Below are positions 11,099 through 19,389 of a DNA stretch of 64,000 nucleotides, piece after piece. The position numbers were made by a program, and so were the translations under genes. This stretch comes from an uncultured Gemmatimonadales bacterium (GTDB taxonomy: Bacteria > Gemmatimonadota > Gemmatimonadetes > Longimicrobiales > RSA9): contig CAVUKA010000003.1 of assembly GCA_963741945.1 (NCBI GenBank), positions 416,001-480,000 of the forward strand, in the 5' to 3' direction. The first letter of the stretch is position 1. Each line of letters starts with the position of its first letter. The notes under the pieces were generated by a model. That model did not search any database. It had not been told where the DNA came from and saw only the letters and a list, made by a program, of their open reading frames with translations.

Positions 11099-12247
11099 TC
11101 AGCCGCCCGGATTCCCGCCCCGGCACGCGGCCAGGGCTGCCGTGACCACCGCATCGGGCAGCGCATGCGTCCACGCGCCCGCGTCGGTTCTCGCCACTTC
11201 ACCCACCCGCGTCAGCAGCGCGTAGCGGATGGCGCCCGCCCGCGCTTTCTTGTCCGATCGCGCCGCGTCCAGCACCGCCGCCGGCTCCGCATCCGCGGGC
11301 AGGCGGGTGGGCAGCCCGAACGCCGTGAGCGCCTGCGCCACACGCGTGGCGGTGCCGGGTGCCGTGATCCCCGCGCGCTCCCCCGCCATGGCCTCCGCCA
11401 CCATCCCCACGGCGACCCCTTCGCCGTGCGGGGTGCGATAATCCGAGAGCAGCTCCAGGGCGTGCCCGATGGTGTGCCCGAAGTTCAGCACTGCCCGCTC
11501 CCCCGCTTCCAGCACGTCACGGGCGATGACGCCCGTCTTGATCCGGACGGAGCCGGCCACCAGCGCGGCCAGCGCCACGTCGTCGCGTTCGAAGATGGCC
11601 GGCGCGTCGGCCACCAGCCGCTGAAGGTACCCCGGATCCGCGATCACGCCATGCTTCACCGCCTCGGCCGCGCCCGAGCGCAGCTCCGGGTCCGGGAGCG
11701 TGGTGAGGAACCGCGGGTCCACCACCACCAGCCGGGGCTGATGGAAGGCGCCCACCAGGTTCTTGCCGGCCCGGAGATCGAGACCCGTCTTCCCCCCGAG
11801 CGACGCATCCACCATCGCGAGCAGCGTGGTGGGCACCTGGACGAACGTGATGCCGCGGGCGAACGTGGCCGCGGCGAAGCCGGCCAGGTCACCGGTGACG
11901 CCGCCACCCAGCGCGATGATGCACCCATCCCGGCCGGCCCCGAGCGCGCCCAGCTCCTCCACCAGCTCCGACCACCGCGCCAGCGTCTTGTGCTCCTCAC
12001 CCGCGCGCAGCCGCACGACGTCCGCCCTCAGCCCGGCATCCCGGAGATGCCCGAGCACGGTCTCGCCGTGAAGTCCGGCAACGGTGTCGTCGCAGACCAG
12101 GATGTAGCGCTGCGCGGGTGCGTGGCGCTCCAGCACCGCGGGGAGCCGCTCCGCCACGCCGGCACCGATGACGATGTCGCACCGCTCCACCGGCCGGGGC
12201 AGCGCCAGGGACAGCAGCGCTTCCCCGACGTCGAGATCCCCGGTCAT
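11099..12247 (-). CDS. aroB: 3-dehydroquinate synthase
   Basis: GEEHK, LGGGVTGDLAGF, PTTLLAMVDASLGGKTG, KNLVGAFHQP, LNFGHTIGHALE, HGEGVA; ATGA overlap with the upstream gene. Confidence 0.95.
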   Translation of the reverse strand: MTGDLDVGEALLSLALPRPVERCDIVIGAGVAERLPAVLERHAPAQRYILVCDDTVAGLHGETVLGHLRDAGLRADVVRLRAGEEHKTLARWSELVEELGALGAGRDGCIIALGGGVTGDLAGFAAATFARGITFVQVPTTLLAMVDASLGGKTGLDLRAGKNLVGAFHQPRLVVVDPRFLTTLPDPELRSGAAEAVKHGVIADPGYLQRLVADAPAIFERDDVALAALVAGSVRIKTGVIARDVLEAGERAVLNFGHTIGHALELLSDYRTPHGEGVAVGMVAEAMAGERAGITAPGTATRVAQALTAFGLPTRLPADAEPAAVLDAARSDKKARAGAIRYALLTRVGEVARTDAGAWTHALPDAVVTAALAACRGGNPGG

Positions 12248-13386
12248 TTCGGCCGCTGCCCTTGCCGACGATCGAACCCCGTCCCCAGCATCGTCTCCCC
12301 GACCAGCCACGCCATCACCTCCTCGAACGACTCCGTCTCCGTGTGCACGCGGCGCAGCCGCTCCGCCCCGTTGCCCCGATCCAGTATCGTCTCCACCCGC
12401 TCCAGCACGTCCGACTCCCCCACGGCGGACGCCAGCGGGGCCGCCCGGTCCAGGATCCGCCGCACCGCCGCGCGCACGGCCGTCCTCCCGCTCGGCGACT
12501 CCGGGTCCGTGAGTTCCCCGTCCAGCCCGAACCTCGCCGCCTGCCACTCGTTCTCCGTCAGCACCTCCCGCCATGCGTCCGGGTTCAACCCGCCGGAGCC
12601 GGGAAGCTCGATCTCCCCCTCCGCGACGCCCATGACCACGAGCTTCGCCAGGGCAGCGATCGTCGCCGCGTCATCCAGCCGCGGGCACACGTCCATCGCC
12701 CGGAACTCCAGCGTCGGGTACGAGGCGTGGGGACGCAGGCTCCAGTACACGCTCCCCCGGTCCCGGATCGCCTTGCTTCGCAACAGCAGGGCGATGAACT
12801 CGCGGTACTCCTCGTCGCTCTCGAAGCGCGGCGGCACCCCCGTGTACGGGTACTGCCGCCACAGGATCGCCCGGTAGGATGCGAAGCCGGTATCCTCCGC
12901 GTCCAGGAACGGCGAGCTGGCGGAGAGGGCGAGCAGGTGCGGGATGAAGCCTCGCACCTTCTCCATGAGCTGCGTCCGGTCGATCTCGTCGGGCACGCCC
13001 ACGTGCACGTGCATGCCGAAGATGTTGACTTCCCGAGCGATCCGGTCGTGCCGCTCCACGATGGCCCGGTACCGCTTGCTCGGGTGGATCCCGGCGACCT
13101 GCCACGGGCTGAACGGGTGCAGCCCCGCCGCGGCGATCTCCAGTCCCTCCGCCGCCGTCGTCGTCGCCGCCTGGAAACGCTGGCGGCGCAGCTCCCGCTC
13201 CACTTCTTCCGTGGTGCCGCACACGGGGGTCCCGACCTCGATGGTGGTCTCGTGCAGCTCACCACGCAGCTCGTCCGCCCAGTCCGTGGCCAGGACGTCC
13301 GACGCGCGGCTCCGCAGGGCCCCCGTCTCGGGGTCCACCAGCTGGTACTCCTCCTCCACACCCATGGTGTAGTGGTGCCTCGCCAT
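12244..13386 (-). CDS. YbdK/GCS2-family carboxylate-amine (glutamate-cysteine-like) ligase
   Basis: TMGVEEEYQLVD, AAGLHPF, FGMHVHVG, LALSASSPF, DTGFASYR, YWSLRP, TLEFRAMD. Confidence 0.92.
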   Translation of the reverse strand: MARHHYTMGVEEEYQLVDPETGALRSRASDVLATDWADELRGELHETTIEVGTPVCGTTEEVERELRRQRFQAATTTAAEGLEIAAAGLHPFSPWQVAGIHPSKRYRAIVERHDRIAREVNIFGMHVHVGVPDEIDRTQLMEKVRGFIPHLLALSASSPFLDAEDTGFASYRAILWRQYPYTGVPPRFESDEEYREFIALLLRSKAIRDRGSVYWSLRPHASYPTLEFRAMDVCPRLDDAATIAALAKLVVMGVAEGEIELPGSGGLNPDAWREVLTENEWQAARFGLDGELTDPESPSGRTAVRAAVRRILDRAAPLASAVGESDVLERVETILDRGNGAERLRRVHTETESFEEVMAWLVGETMLGTGFDRRQGQRPK

Positions 13387-13602
13387 GCGACCGCGCCGCC
13401 TCCTCGCTGCCTCGCCTTTCGAAGTAGTGCAACGGTACGGATGCGGGTGTGCCGGTGGCAAATGCGGGGCCGGTCCCGCCCGGCGCGCACGATCGCGCAA
13501 CCAGACTCTTTCTTTTGTCGGCGCCGCGATTATATTTCGCTTCGACGGAGCGCGCCGGGTCGAACGGGGCGCTGCGGCCACAAGATGGAACGGCTAACGA
13601 CC

Positions 13603-13627
13603 GCGTCTCTTTGCAGAGGCGCTTTTT
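13603..13627 (+). terminator. Intrinsic-terminator-like hairpin in the 5' leader of the ATP-grasp/KamA operon (possible attenuator)
   Basis: GCGTCTCT-ttgc-AGAGGCGC 8-bp stem followed by TTTTT, about 22 nt before the ATG at 13650. Confidence 0.5.
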
Positions 13628-13649
13628 CATGGGGGGTTCGGACGGCCTG

Positions 13650-14684
13650 ATGCCGCTGAATATCGGGTTGGCCTACAATCAGAAGCCTGAGCCGGAGGAC
13701 GAGCCTCCCGGTACCAGGCGTCCCCTCGACGATCGATTCGCCGAGTGGGACGACCCCTCGACGATCACAGCCGTCGAGGCTGCGCTGGCCGAAGCCGGCC
13801 ACGTGATCCGTCTGGAAGCCGACGAGGACTTCCCCGCCCGACTCCGGGCGAGCAGGCCGGACATCGTGTTCAACATCGCGGAAGGGCTGCACGGCCCGAA
13901 CCGGGAAGCGCACGTGCCGGCCATCTGCGAGTTCTTCGACATCCCCTATACCGGCAGTGACCCGCTCGCCCTGGCGCTGAGCCTGGACAAGCGTCGCGCC
14001 AAGGATGTCTTCCGCACGGCCGGCATTCCGGCCCCGGCGGGGGTGACCGTGACGCGGCCGGAGGAGCGTCAGAGCGCACTCCACGTCCCGGTCCCGGCAC
14101 TGGTGAAGCCGCTGTTCGAGGGATCGAGCAAGGGGATCCCCGAGAGCGCGCTGTGCGAGAGCCCGGATGACGTGCTGGTCCGGGTCGACGCGATCCTGGC
14201 GGAGTACGGGCAGCCGGCACTCGTGGAAGCGTTCCTCCCGGGCCGCGAATTCACCTGCGCCGTGCTGGGGAACGGTGACACGGCCCGTGCGCTCCCCCTG
14301 GTCGAGATCCGCTTCGATGCTCTCCCGGTCGGCGCGAAGCCGATCTACGGCTACGAAGCGAAGTGGGTGTGGGACACGCCCGAGCGCCCGCTCTCCATCT
14401 TCAGCTGTCCGGCCCCGGTCGATCCCGCGCTGGGCGCGCTCGTGGAGCGGACCGCCGTGGCAGCGTTCAACGCCCTCGGCTGTCGCGACTGGGCCAGGGT
14501 CGACCTGCGGCTCGACGACACCGGGCTCCCCCACGTGCTCGAGATCAACCCGCTTCCCGGGGTCCTCCCCGACCCGGACCAGAACTCCTGCTATCCCAAG
14601 GCCGCCCGCGCGGCGGGGCTGGACTACGGGCAGATGATCCGATCCGTGCTGGACGCGGCGCTGGAACGGTACGGGCTGCGATGA
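13650..14684 (+). CDS. D-Ala-D-Ala ligase-like ATP-grasp enzyme 1 (atypical)
   Basis: VFNIAEG, IPYTGS...DK, VKPLFEGSSKGI, EAFLPGREF, ARVDLR, LEINPLPG; lacks the canonical Ddl GGxSxEHxVS and LHG motifs. Confidence 0.88.
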   Translation: MPLNIGLAYNQKPEPEDEPPGTRRPLDDRFAEWDDPSTITAVEAALAEAGHVIRLEADEDFPARLRASRPDIVFNIAEGLHGPNREAHVPAICEFFDIPYTGSDPLALALSLDKRRAKDVFRTAGIPAPAGVTVTRPEERQSALHVPVPALVKPLFEGSSKGIPESALCESPDDVLVRVDAILAEYGQPALVEAFLPGREFTCAVLGNGDTARALPLVEIRFDALPVGAKPIYGYEAKWVWDTPERPLSIFSCPAPVDPALGALVERTAVAAFNALGCRDWARVDLRLDDTGLPHVLEINPLPGVLPDPDQNSCYPKAARAAGLDYGQMIRSVLDAALERYGLR

Positions 14685-15787
14685 GGATCGCCGTGGTCTA
14701 CGACCGCGCCGCCGACGCCCGGGAGGGCGAAGGCCCGACCCCTGGCCGTGACGCCGCGGCCGCATCCACCGGCCGCTTCGCCCGGGACCTCCGGCCCACC
14801 ACCGGCCGCGCGCCGGCGCCGGACGCGGCCCTCTCCACGACCGGCGCGGGGGCGGCGGGCACCCCGGCCACGGGCGGAGCGGGCGCCGCCCCGGATGTCG
14901 CCGGGGTGAGGGAGGCCGTCGACGCCGTCGTCGAGAGCCTCGTTCGGCTCGGTCACGCCGCGTTCCCCGTGGCCGTGCACGCGCCGCTGGAGCGGTTCCT
15001 GACCCGGCTCGGTGGCGTGGACCTGGTCTTCAACCTGGCCGAGGGCCTCAATGGCCGGGCGGAGCACGAGCCGCGACTCGCCGCGCTCATGGAGCTGGCC
15101 GGGCGCCCGATCACCGGCGCGTCCTCCGACTCGCTGGCGCTCTGCCGCCGCAAGGACCGCGTGAACGCACTCGCCGAGAGCCGCGGTCTGGCCGTGCCGC
15201 CCTGGATCGTGGCGCGCCCATCCGGCGCCGGCTCGTCCGCGCCCCCGTGGACGCTCTTCCCCGCCATCGTCAAGCCCGTGGGCGAGGACGGGTCCGTGGG
15301 CATCCACGAGGACTCGGTCGTCGAGAACGACGTTGAGCTGAGCGCTGCCCTGGACCGCGCGCGCACCGACGTGCTCGTCCAGGCCTTCGTGGCGGGCCGC
15401 GAGTTCAATGTGGGCTTCGTCGGCGACGTCGCGCTCCCCCTCTCCGAAATCGTCTTCGCCGGCGCGCAGCGCGTGGTCAGCTACGCCGCCAAGTGGAGCC
15501 CGGGCTCCACCGACGACCTGTCCACGCTACCCGTCTGCCCCGCGCGCGTGACCACCACGTTCCACGACCACGCCGTCGCGATGGCCCGTGAAGCGTGGAG
15601 CGCCGTGGGTGGCCGCGGCTACGGCCGCGTGGACCTGCGCACCGACGCGGTCGGACGGCTGTATCTGCTCGAGGTGAACCCCAACCCGGACCTCGCCCCC
15701 TCGGCCGGCCTCGCCCGCATGGCCCGCGTGGCCGGCTGGGCATTTGACGACCTGGTGGCGCGAATCATGGAAGAAGCGGTCAGATGA
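14681..15787 (+). CDS. D-Ala-D-Ala ligase-like ATP-grasp enzyme 2 (atypical), with an N-terminal low-complexity insert
   Basis: VFNLAEG, VKPVGEDGSVGI, GREFNV, YGRVDLR, LEVNPNPD; ATGA overlap with enzyme 1. Confidence 0.85.
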   Translation: MRIAVVYDRAADAREGEGPTPGRDAAAASTGRFARDLRPTTGRAPAPDAALSTTGAGAAGTPATGGAGAAPDVAGVREAVDAVVESLVRLGHAAFPVAVHAPLERFLTRLGGVDLVFNLAEGLNGRAEHEPRLAALMELAGRPITGASSDSLALCRRKDRVNALAESRGLAVPPWIVARPSGAGSSAPPWTLFPAIVKPVGEDGSVGIHEDSVVENDVELSAALDRARTDVLVQAFVAGREFNVGFVGDVALPLSEIVFAGAQRVVSYAAKWSPGSTDDLSTLPVCPARVTTTFHDHAVAMAREAWSAVGGRGYGRVDLRTDAVGRLYLLEVNPNPDLAPSAGLARMARVAGWAFDDLVARIMEEAVR

Positions 15788-16296
15788 GCGTCAGCTCCCT
15801 TCAAGACGACACGGCCACGCGGCTGCGGGCGCTGCAGCCTGGAGACCGGCCGGCGCTCGAGCGCCTGGTCCGCTCGGTCGAGCTTTTCAGCGCCGCGGAG
15901 CAAGACGTGGCCATGGAAGTGCTGGACGCATACATGGAGCACCCCGGGAAGGACTACCACGCGCTGGGCGCCTTCACCCATCGCGGCGACCTCCTGGGCT
16001 ACGCGTGCTACGGCCCGACGCCGTGCACCGAAGGCACCTGGGACCTGTACTGGATCGCGGTATCCGGTGAGTCCCGGGGCCGAGGCATCGGAACCCTGCT
16101 GATGGAGGAGATCGAACGAAGGCTCGTCGAACAACACGCTCGACTCGTGCTCATCGAGACCGCTTCGCGCGCCGATTACGCCCCCACCCGGGCGTTCTAC
16201 GAGCGGCGCGACTACGAGGTGGTCGCACGGGTCCCGGATTTCTACGCGCCGGGCGACGATCGCGTGATCTTCGCCCGCAAATTTCCCAGCGTTTGA
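15784..16296 (+). CDS. GNAT-family N-acetyltransferase
   Basis: DLYWIAV...RGRGIG acetyl-CoA motif, TRAFYER; ATGA overlap with the upstream gene. Confidence 0.9.
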   Translation: MSVSSLQDDTATRLRALQPGDRPALERLVRSVELFSAAEQDVAMEVLDAYMEHPGKDYHALGAFTHRGDLLGYACYGPTPCTEGTWDLYWIAVSGESRGRGIGTLLMEEIERRLVEQHARLVLIETASRADYAPTRAFYERRDYEVVARVPDFYAPGDDRVIFARKFPSV

Positions 16297-16310
16297 ACGA
16301 CGAGAGAGCC

Positions 16311-17732
16311 ATGTCAAACTGGCAAGAGACCCTGAAACAGAGCGTCACGACGGTAGACGAGCTCATCGACCGCTTCGGCCCCGAGAACGTGGACCGTGAA
16401 GCGGTCGAGAAAGCCATCGCCAAGTTCAACCTCCGCATCACACCGGCCGCGCTGGCGCAGATCAAGACGCCCGGCGACTGGGCGTGGAACCAGTACGTGC
16501 CCACGGGCGCGGAGAACGAGATCGTGGACGGGATCGTGGATTCCCTGGACGAGGATGCCGATTCACCCGTCCCGAACATCACGCATCGCTACCCGGACCG
16601 GGTGCTCTTCCTGGTGTCGCCCGTGTGCTCCACCTACTGCCGGTTCTGCACCCGACGGCGGAAGGTGGGCGACCCGGAGAAGATCCCGCTCAACCAGTTC
16701 GACGCCGCGTTCGCCTACCTGCGCGAGCACACCGAGGTTCGCGACGTGGTGCTGAGTGGCGGAGACCCGTTCATGCTGAGCGACCGCCGCATCGAGTACT
16801 TCCTCTCGACGCTCCGGTCCATCCCGCACATCGAGATCATCCGCATCCACTCCCGCGTGCCGAACCACCTCCCGGAGCGGGTCACACCCGAACTGGCGGA
16901 GATGATCCGGAAGTACCACCCCGTGTACGTGAACGTGCACTTCAACCACCCCGACGAGCTCACGCCGGAGTCCGTCAAAGCGCTCGGCCTGCTCGCCGAC
17001 GCCGGTATCCCGCTCGGCTCCCAGAGCGTGCTCCTCAAGGGCGTGAACGACGACCCGGCCATCATGAAGCGGCTCATGCAGAAGCTGCTCGTGGCCCGGG
17101 TCAAGCCGTACTACATCTACCAGGCCGACGTGGTGGCCGGCGGAGAGCACTTCCGCACTTCCGTGCAGAAGGGTATCGAGATCATCCAGGCCATCCGCGG
17201 CTGGACGTCCGGCCTCGGCGTCCCCCACTACGTCATCGATGCCCCCGGCGGCGGCGGGAAGATCCCGATCCTCCCCGAGTACGTGCAGGCGGTCACCGAC
17301 AGCGAGATCGTGCTCCGCAACTACGCGGGCGAGGAGTTCCGCTACCCGCTGCCGCAGGAGCCCGTGCCGGCGACAGGGACCGGGTGCGATATCCCGAGTA
17401 TCCCCAACCGCATCGCCGCCCGCACCGCCCGCGTGGGGGGCGTCGCCGGCGGGACGGGCGGCGCCGGCCTGCGCCGCGACGGCGCCAAGGGGCGCACAGG
17501 CAGCCGCAGCCGACAGAAAAAGGCCGTCAACGGCAACGGCGGCGGACACCGCAACGGTCGCGGAAGCGCGGACAGCGGATCGCGCAAAGCCGCGGCCCCA
17601 GCGGCCTCCAACGGGCAGCGCGCTGGTGGGATCACCGCGAACAGTCGGCGAAACGGAAACGGAAACGGCCATGCCGACCCCGCCCAGCTCACCTTCGAGC
17701 CGCTGCCCGGGATCGTGCCGATGGACATGTAG
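16311..17732 (+). CDS. kamA: KamA-family radical SAM enzyme, probable lysine 2,3-aminomutase, with a ~120-aa disordered C-terminal tail
   Basis: THRYPDR, CSTYCRFC (CxxxCxxC), SGGDP, HFNHP, YQAD, VIDAPGGGGKIP (PLP lysine). Confidence 0.9.
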   Translation: MSNWQETLKQSVTTVDELIDRFGPENVDREAVEKAIAKFNLRITPAALAQIKTPGDWAWNQYVPTGAENEIVDGIVDSLDEDADSPVPNITHRYPDRVLFLVSPVCSTYCRFCTRRRKVGDPEKIPLNQFDAAFAYLREHTEVRDVVLSGGDPFMLSDRRIEYFLSTLRSIPHIEIIRIHSRVPNHLPERVTPELAEMIRKYHPVYVNVHFNHPDELTPESVKALGLLADAGIPLGSQSVLLKGVNDDPAIMKRLMQKLLVARVKPYYIYQADVVAGGEHFRTSVQKGIEIIQAIRGWTSGLGVPHYVIDAPGGGGKIPILPEYVQAVTDSEIVLRNYAGEEFRYPLPQEPVPATGTGCDIPSIPNRIAARTARVGGVAGGTGGAGLRRDGAKGRTGSRSRQKKAVNGNGGGHRNGRGSADSGSRKAAAPAASNGQRAGGITANSRRNGNGNGHADPAQLTFEPLPGIVPMDM

Positions 17733-17834
17733 CCGGCGGCCAGCCGCGTCGCCCCGTCCGGAGACGCCGGTGGACGGGCGCTGAGAACGCACCGCGCGTC
17801 GGCCCGTCCAGCGCGCGAGGGTGCCTGACGGCGT

Positions 17835-18054
17835 TATTCGAGGACGGATCCCCACGGGTCAGGGCGCTGCCTGGCGCGTGGGGATTCGTTGCGAATATCC
17901 GCGGAAAAGACACCGGTGCTGCCCGGCGGGACGTCGCTCGGGACACGGTCGGCTCCACTCGCCCGCGCGGACGCCGGACCGCGCGCGGCGTGCCGGACCG
18001 GAGCGAAGTCGACGGGTTCGCTCCGGCCCCCGGCGGCGCGCGGCCGGTCCGGCG
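17835..18054. other. Two long GC-rich hairpins between convergent genes
   Basis: ATCCCCACG/CGTGGGGAT with outer TATTCG/CGAATA; CGCCGGACCG/CGGTCCGGCG enclosing CCGGAGCGAA/TTCGCTCCGG. Confidence 0.6.
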
Positions 18055-18066
18055 CGGCCGCTGCGC

Positions 18067-19389
18067 TCAGGGCCCTGGCTGATCGATTCCCACGAGCGAC
18101 GGCACGGGGATGTCGATCAGGGGGACGCCAGCCGATGCGGCCGTCTCCACCACCCGGGCGACCGGCCGCCCGTCCACCTCCAGCCGTTCCACGCCACCCG
18201 TCCGCCCCGGACGTTTCGCGAGGACGCGGCGGTAGTCGGCGGCGAAGCGGTCGGCGGAAGCGACGTCGTCCCAGACGGAGTACCACACCAGCGCCTGGGC
18301 GCCGGCGGGCCCGTCCAGAAGCGCGTACCGGTCGCCGTCCCAGCCGCGGGCGAACCCGGCCGACCGTGCGGTTCCGGCCCCGCGGGCAGTGATGGCGCTG
18401 TCGGCGTGCTCGCCGAGGTACTCCGAGAGGATGACGGAGGTCTCCATCTCGCCGAACGTGTTGGTGTAGGCCACCCGCCAGCCATCGGCCGCGGCTCCGA
18501 GCGTGAGCTCCGAGGGTGGGTCGCGCGTGTCGAGGAACCGGTCCAAGGGGCGCATGACCTGCTCGGTGGACTGGGGGAGGAGGTCGCGGAACGGGATGGG
18601 GATGGCGTCGCCCTGGCGGTGGCGGAAGAGCGCCTGTACGAAGACGGCGCCGCCCAGGTAGGGGAAGAGGAGCGTCTCCTTGATGATGCGGGGAGCGCGC
18701 TGGAAGACGGGGAACTGGTCGTTCTGCGACTCGAGGGCGGGTCCCATCACGTCGCGCATGTCGGGGAGGTCCCCCGGGTCGGCGGGCTTGCCGGTGAGCT
18801 CGGCGGTCTGGATGGCCACCATGACCAGCGTCGCCTGCCCCTCGGCCGCGGCCTGCGCCGCCATCTGGCGGTCGTTGCCGCGGTCCGGCGCCACGAGCGA
18901 GTCGAGGTCGGTGTACTGGTCCTGGAGAGCGTGGACCAGCTCGTGGGCGACGACGGGCGCCGCGGAGTCCGCGGGCACCCCCTCCAGGACGTACAGCCGA
19001 TCCGTTTTCGGGTCGTAGTAGCCGATCACCTGTTCGGTGTACAGCGCCAGGAGCGTCTCCCGCAGGTCCAGCGTGTCGGGGATCAGCCCGAGCGCCCTGT
19101 ACACCCGCTCCGTGCCGTGCAGCACTTCCGGCCCGAGCTCCTCGTCGAGCTGCGCATCGATGAAAACGCGCGCGTCCGCCCGCGACTGGAGCCGGTAGGC
19201 CACGGGATGTCGCACGGGCAGTCCGCTGGTGCGCGAGATGACGGGGACCAGCGAATCGATCATCACGGCGAGGCCCGCGGAGTCGAGCGGGACCCGCGCG
19301 CCCCGGCGTGCGCCGCCGCCCCGGGCATCGCACGCGGCGGCGGCCGCGACCGCGAGCGTCATCACCAGGACTGCCGTCCTAGGGCGCAT
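18067..19389 (-). CDS. Putative lipoprotein with a zincin-type HExxH motif (putative metallopeptidase)
   Basis: AAAAC lipobox-like signal; GYYDP, VAHELVHALQDQ, downstream EGQA, FPY.GG. Confidence 0.72.
   Translation of the reverse strand: MRPRTAVLVMTLAVAAAAACDARGGGARRGARVPLDSAGLAVMIDSLVPVISRTSGLPVRHPVAYRLQSRADARVFIDAQLDEELGPEVLHGTERVYRALGLIPDTLDLRETLLALYTEQVIGYYDPKTDRLYVLEGVPADSAAPVVAHELVHALQDQYTDLDSLVAPDRGNDRQMAAQAAAEGQATLVMVAIQTAELTGKPADPGDLPDMRDVMGPALESQNDQFPVFQRAPRIIKETLLFPYLGGAVFVQALFRHRQGDAIPIPFRDLLPQSTEQVMRPLDRFLDTRDPPSELTLGAAADGWRVAYTNTFGEMETSVILSEYLGEHADSAITARGAGTARSAGFARGWDGDRYALLDGPAGAQALVWYSVWDDVASADRFAADYRRVLAKRPGRTGGVERLEVDGRPVARVVETAASAGVPLIDIPVPSLVGIDQPGP

Noticed and set aside
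13449-13649. N-terminal extensions given in the ORF track for ligase 1 (likewise for tyrS, efp, aroB, tsaD, bfr)
   Set aside because: Homology begins at downstream starts that have RBSs or stop-start overlaps; the extensions cross intergenic DNA or neighbouring genes.
13650-15787. Cell-wall ddl or vancomycin-resistance (van) ligases
   Set aside because: D-Ala-binding signatures are missing and there are no mur or vanHX/RS neighbours.
16311-17732. EpmB or glutamate 2,3-aminomutase
   Set aside because: Not adjacent to efp/epmA; the sequence follows the KamA pattern with both lysine-binding Asp positions retained.
17835-17897. SRP (4.5S) RNA, 6S RNA or tRNA
   Set aside because: Lacks the SRP CAGG-GNRA-AGCA core and tRNA cloverleaf motifs; too short for 6S.
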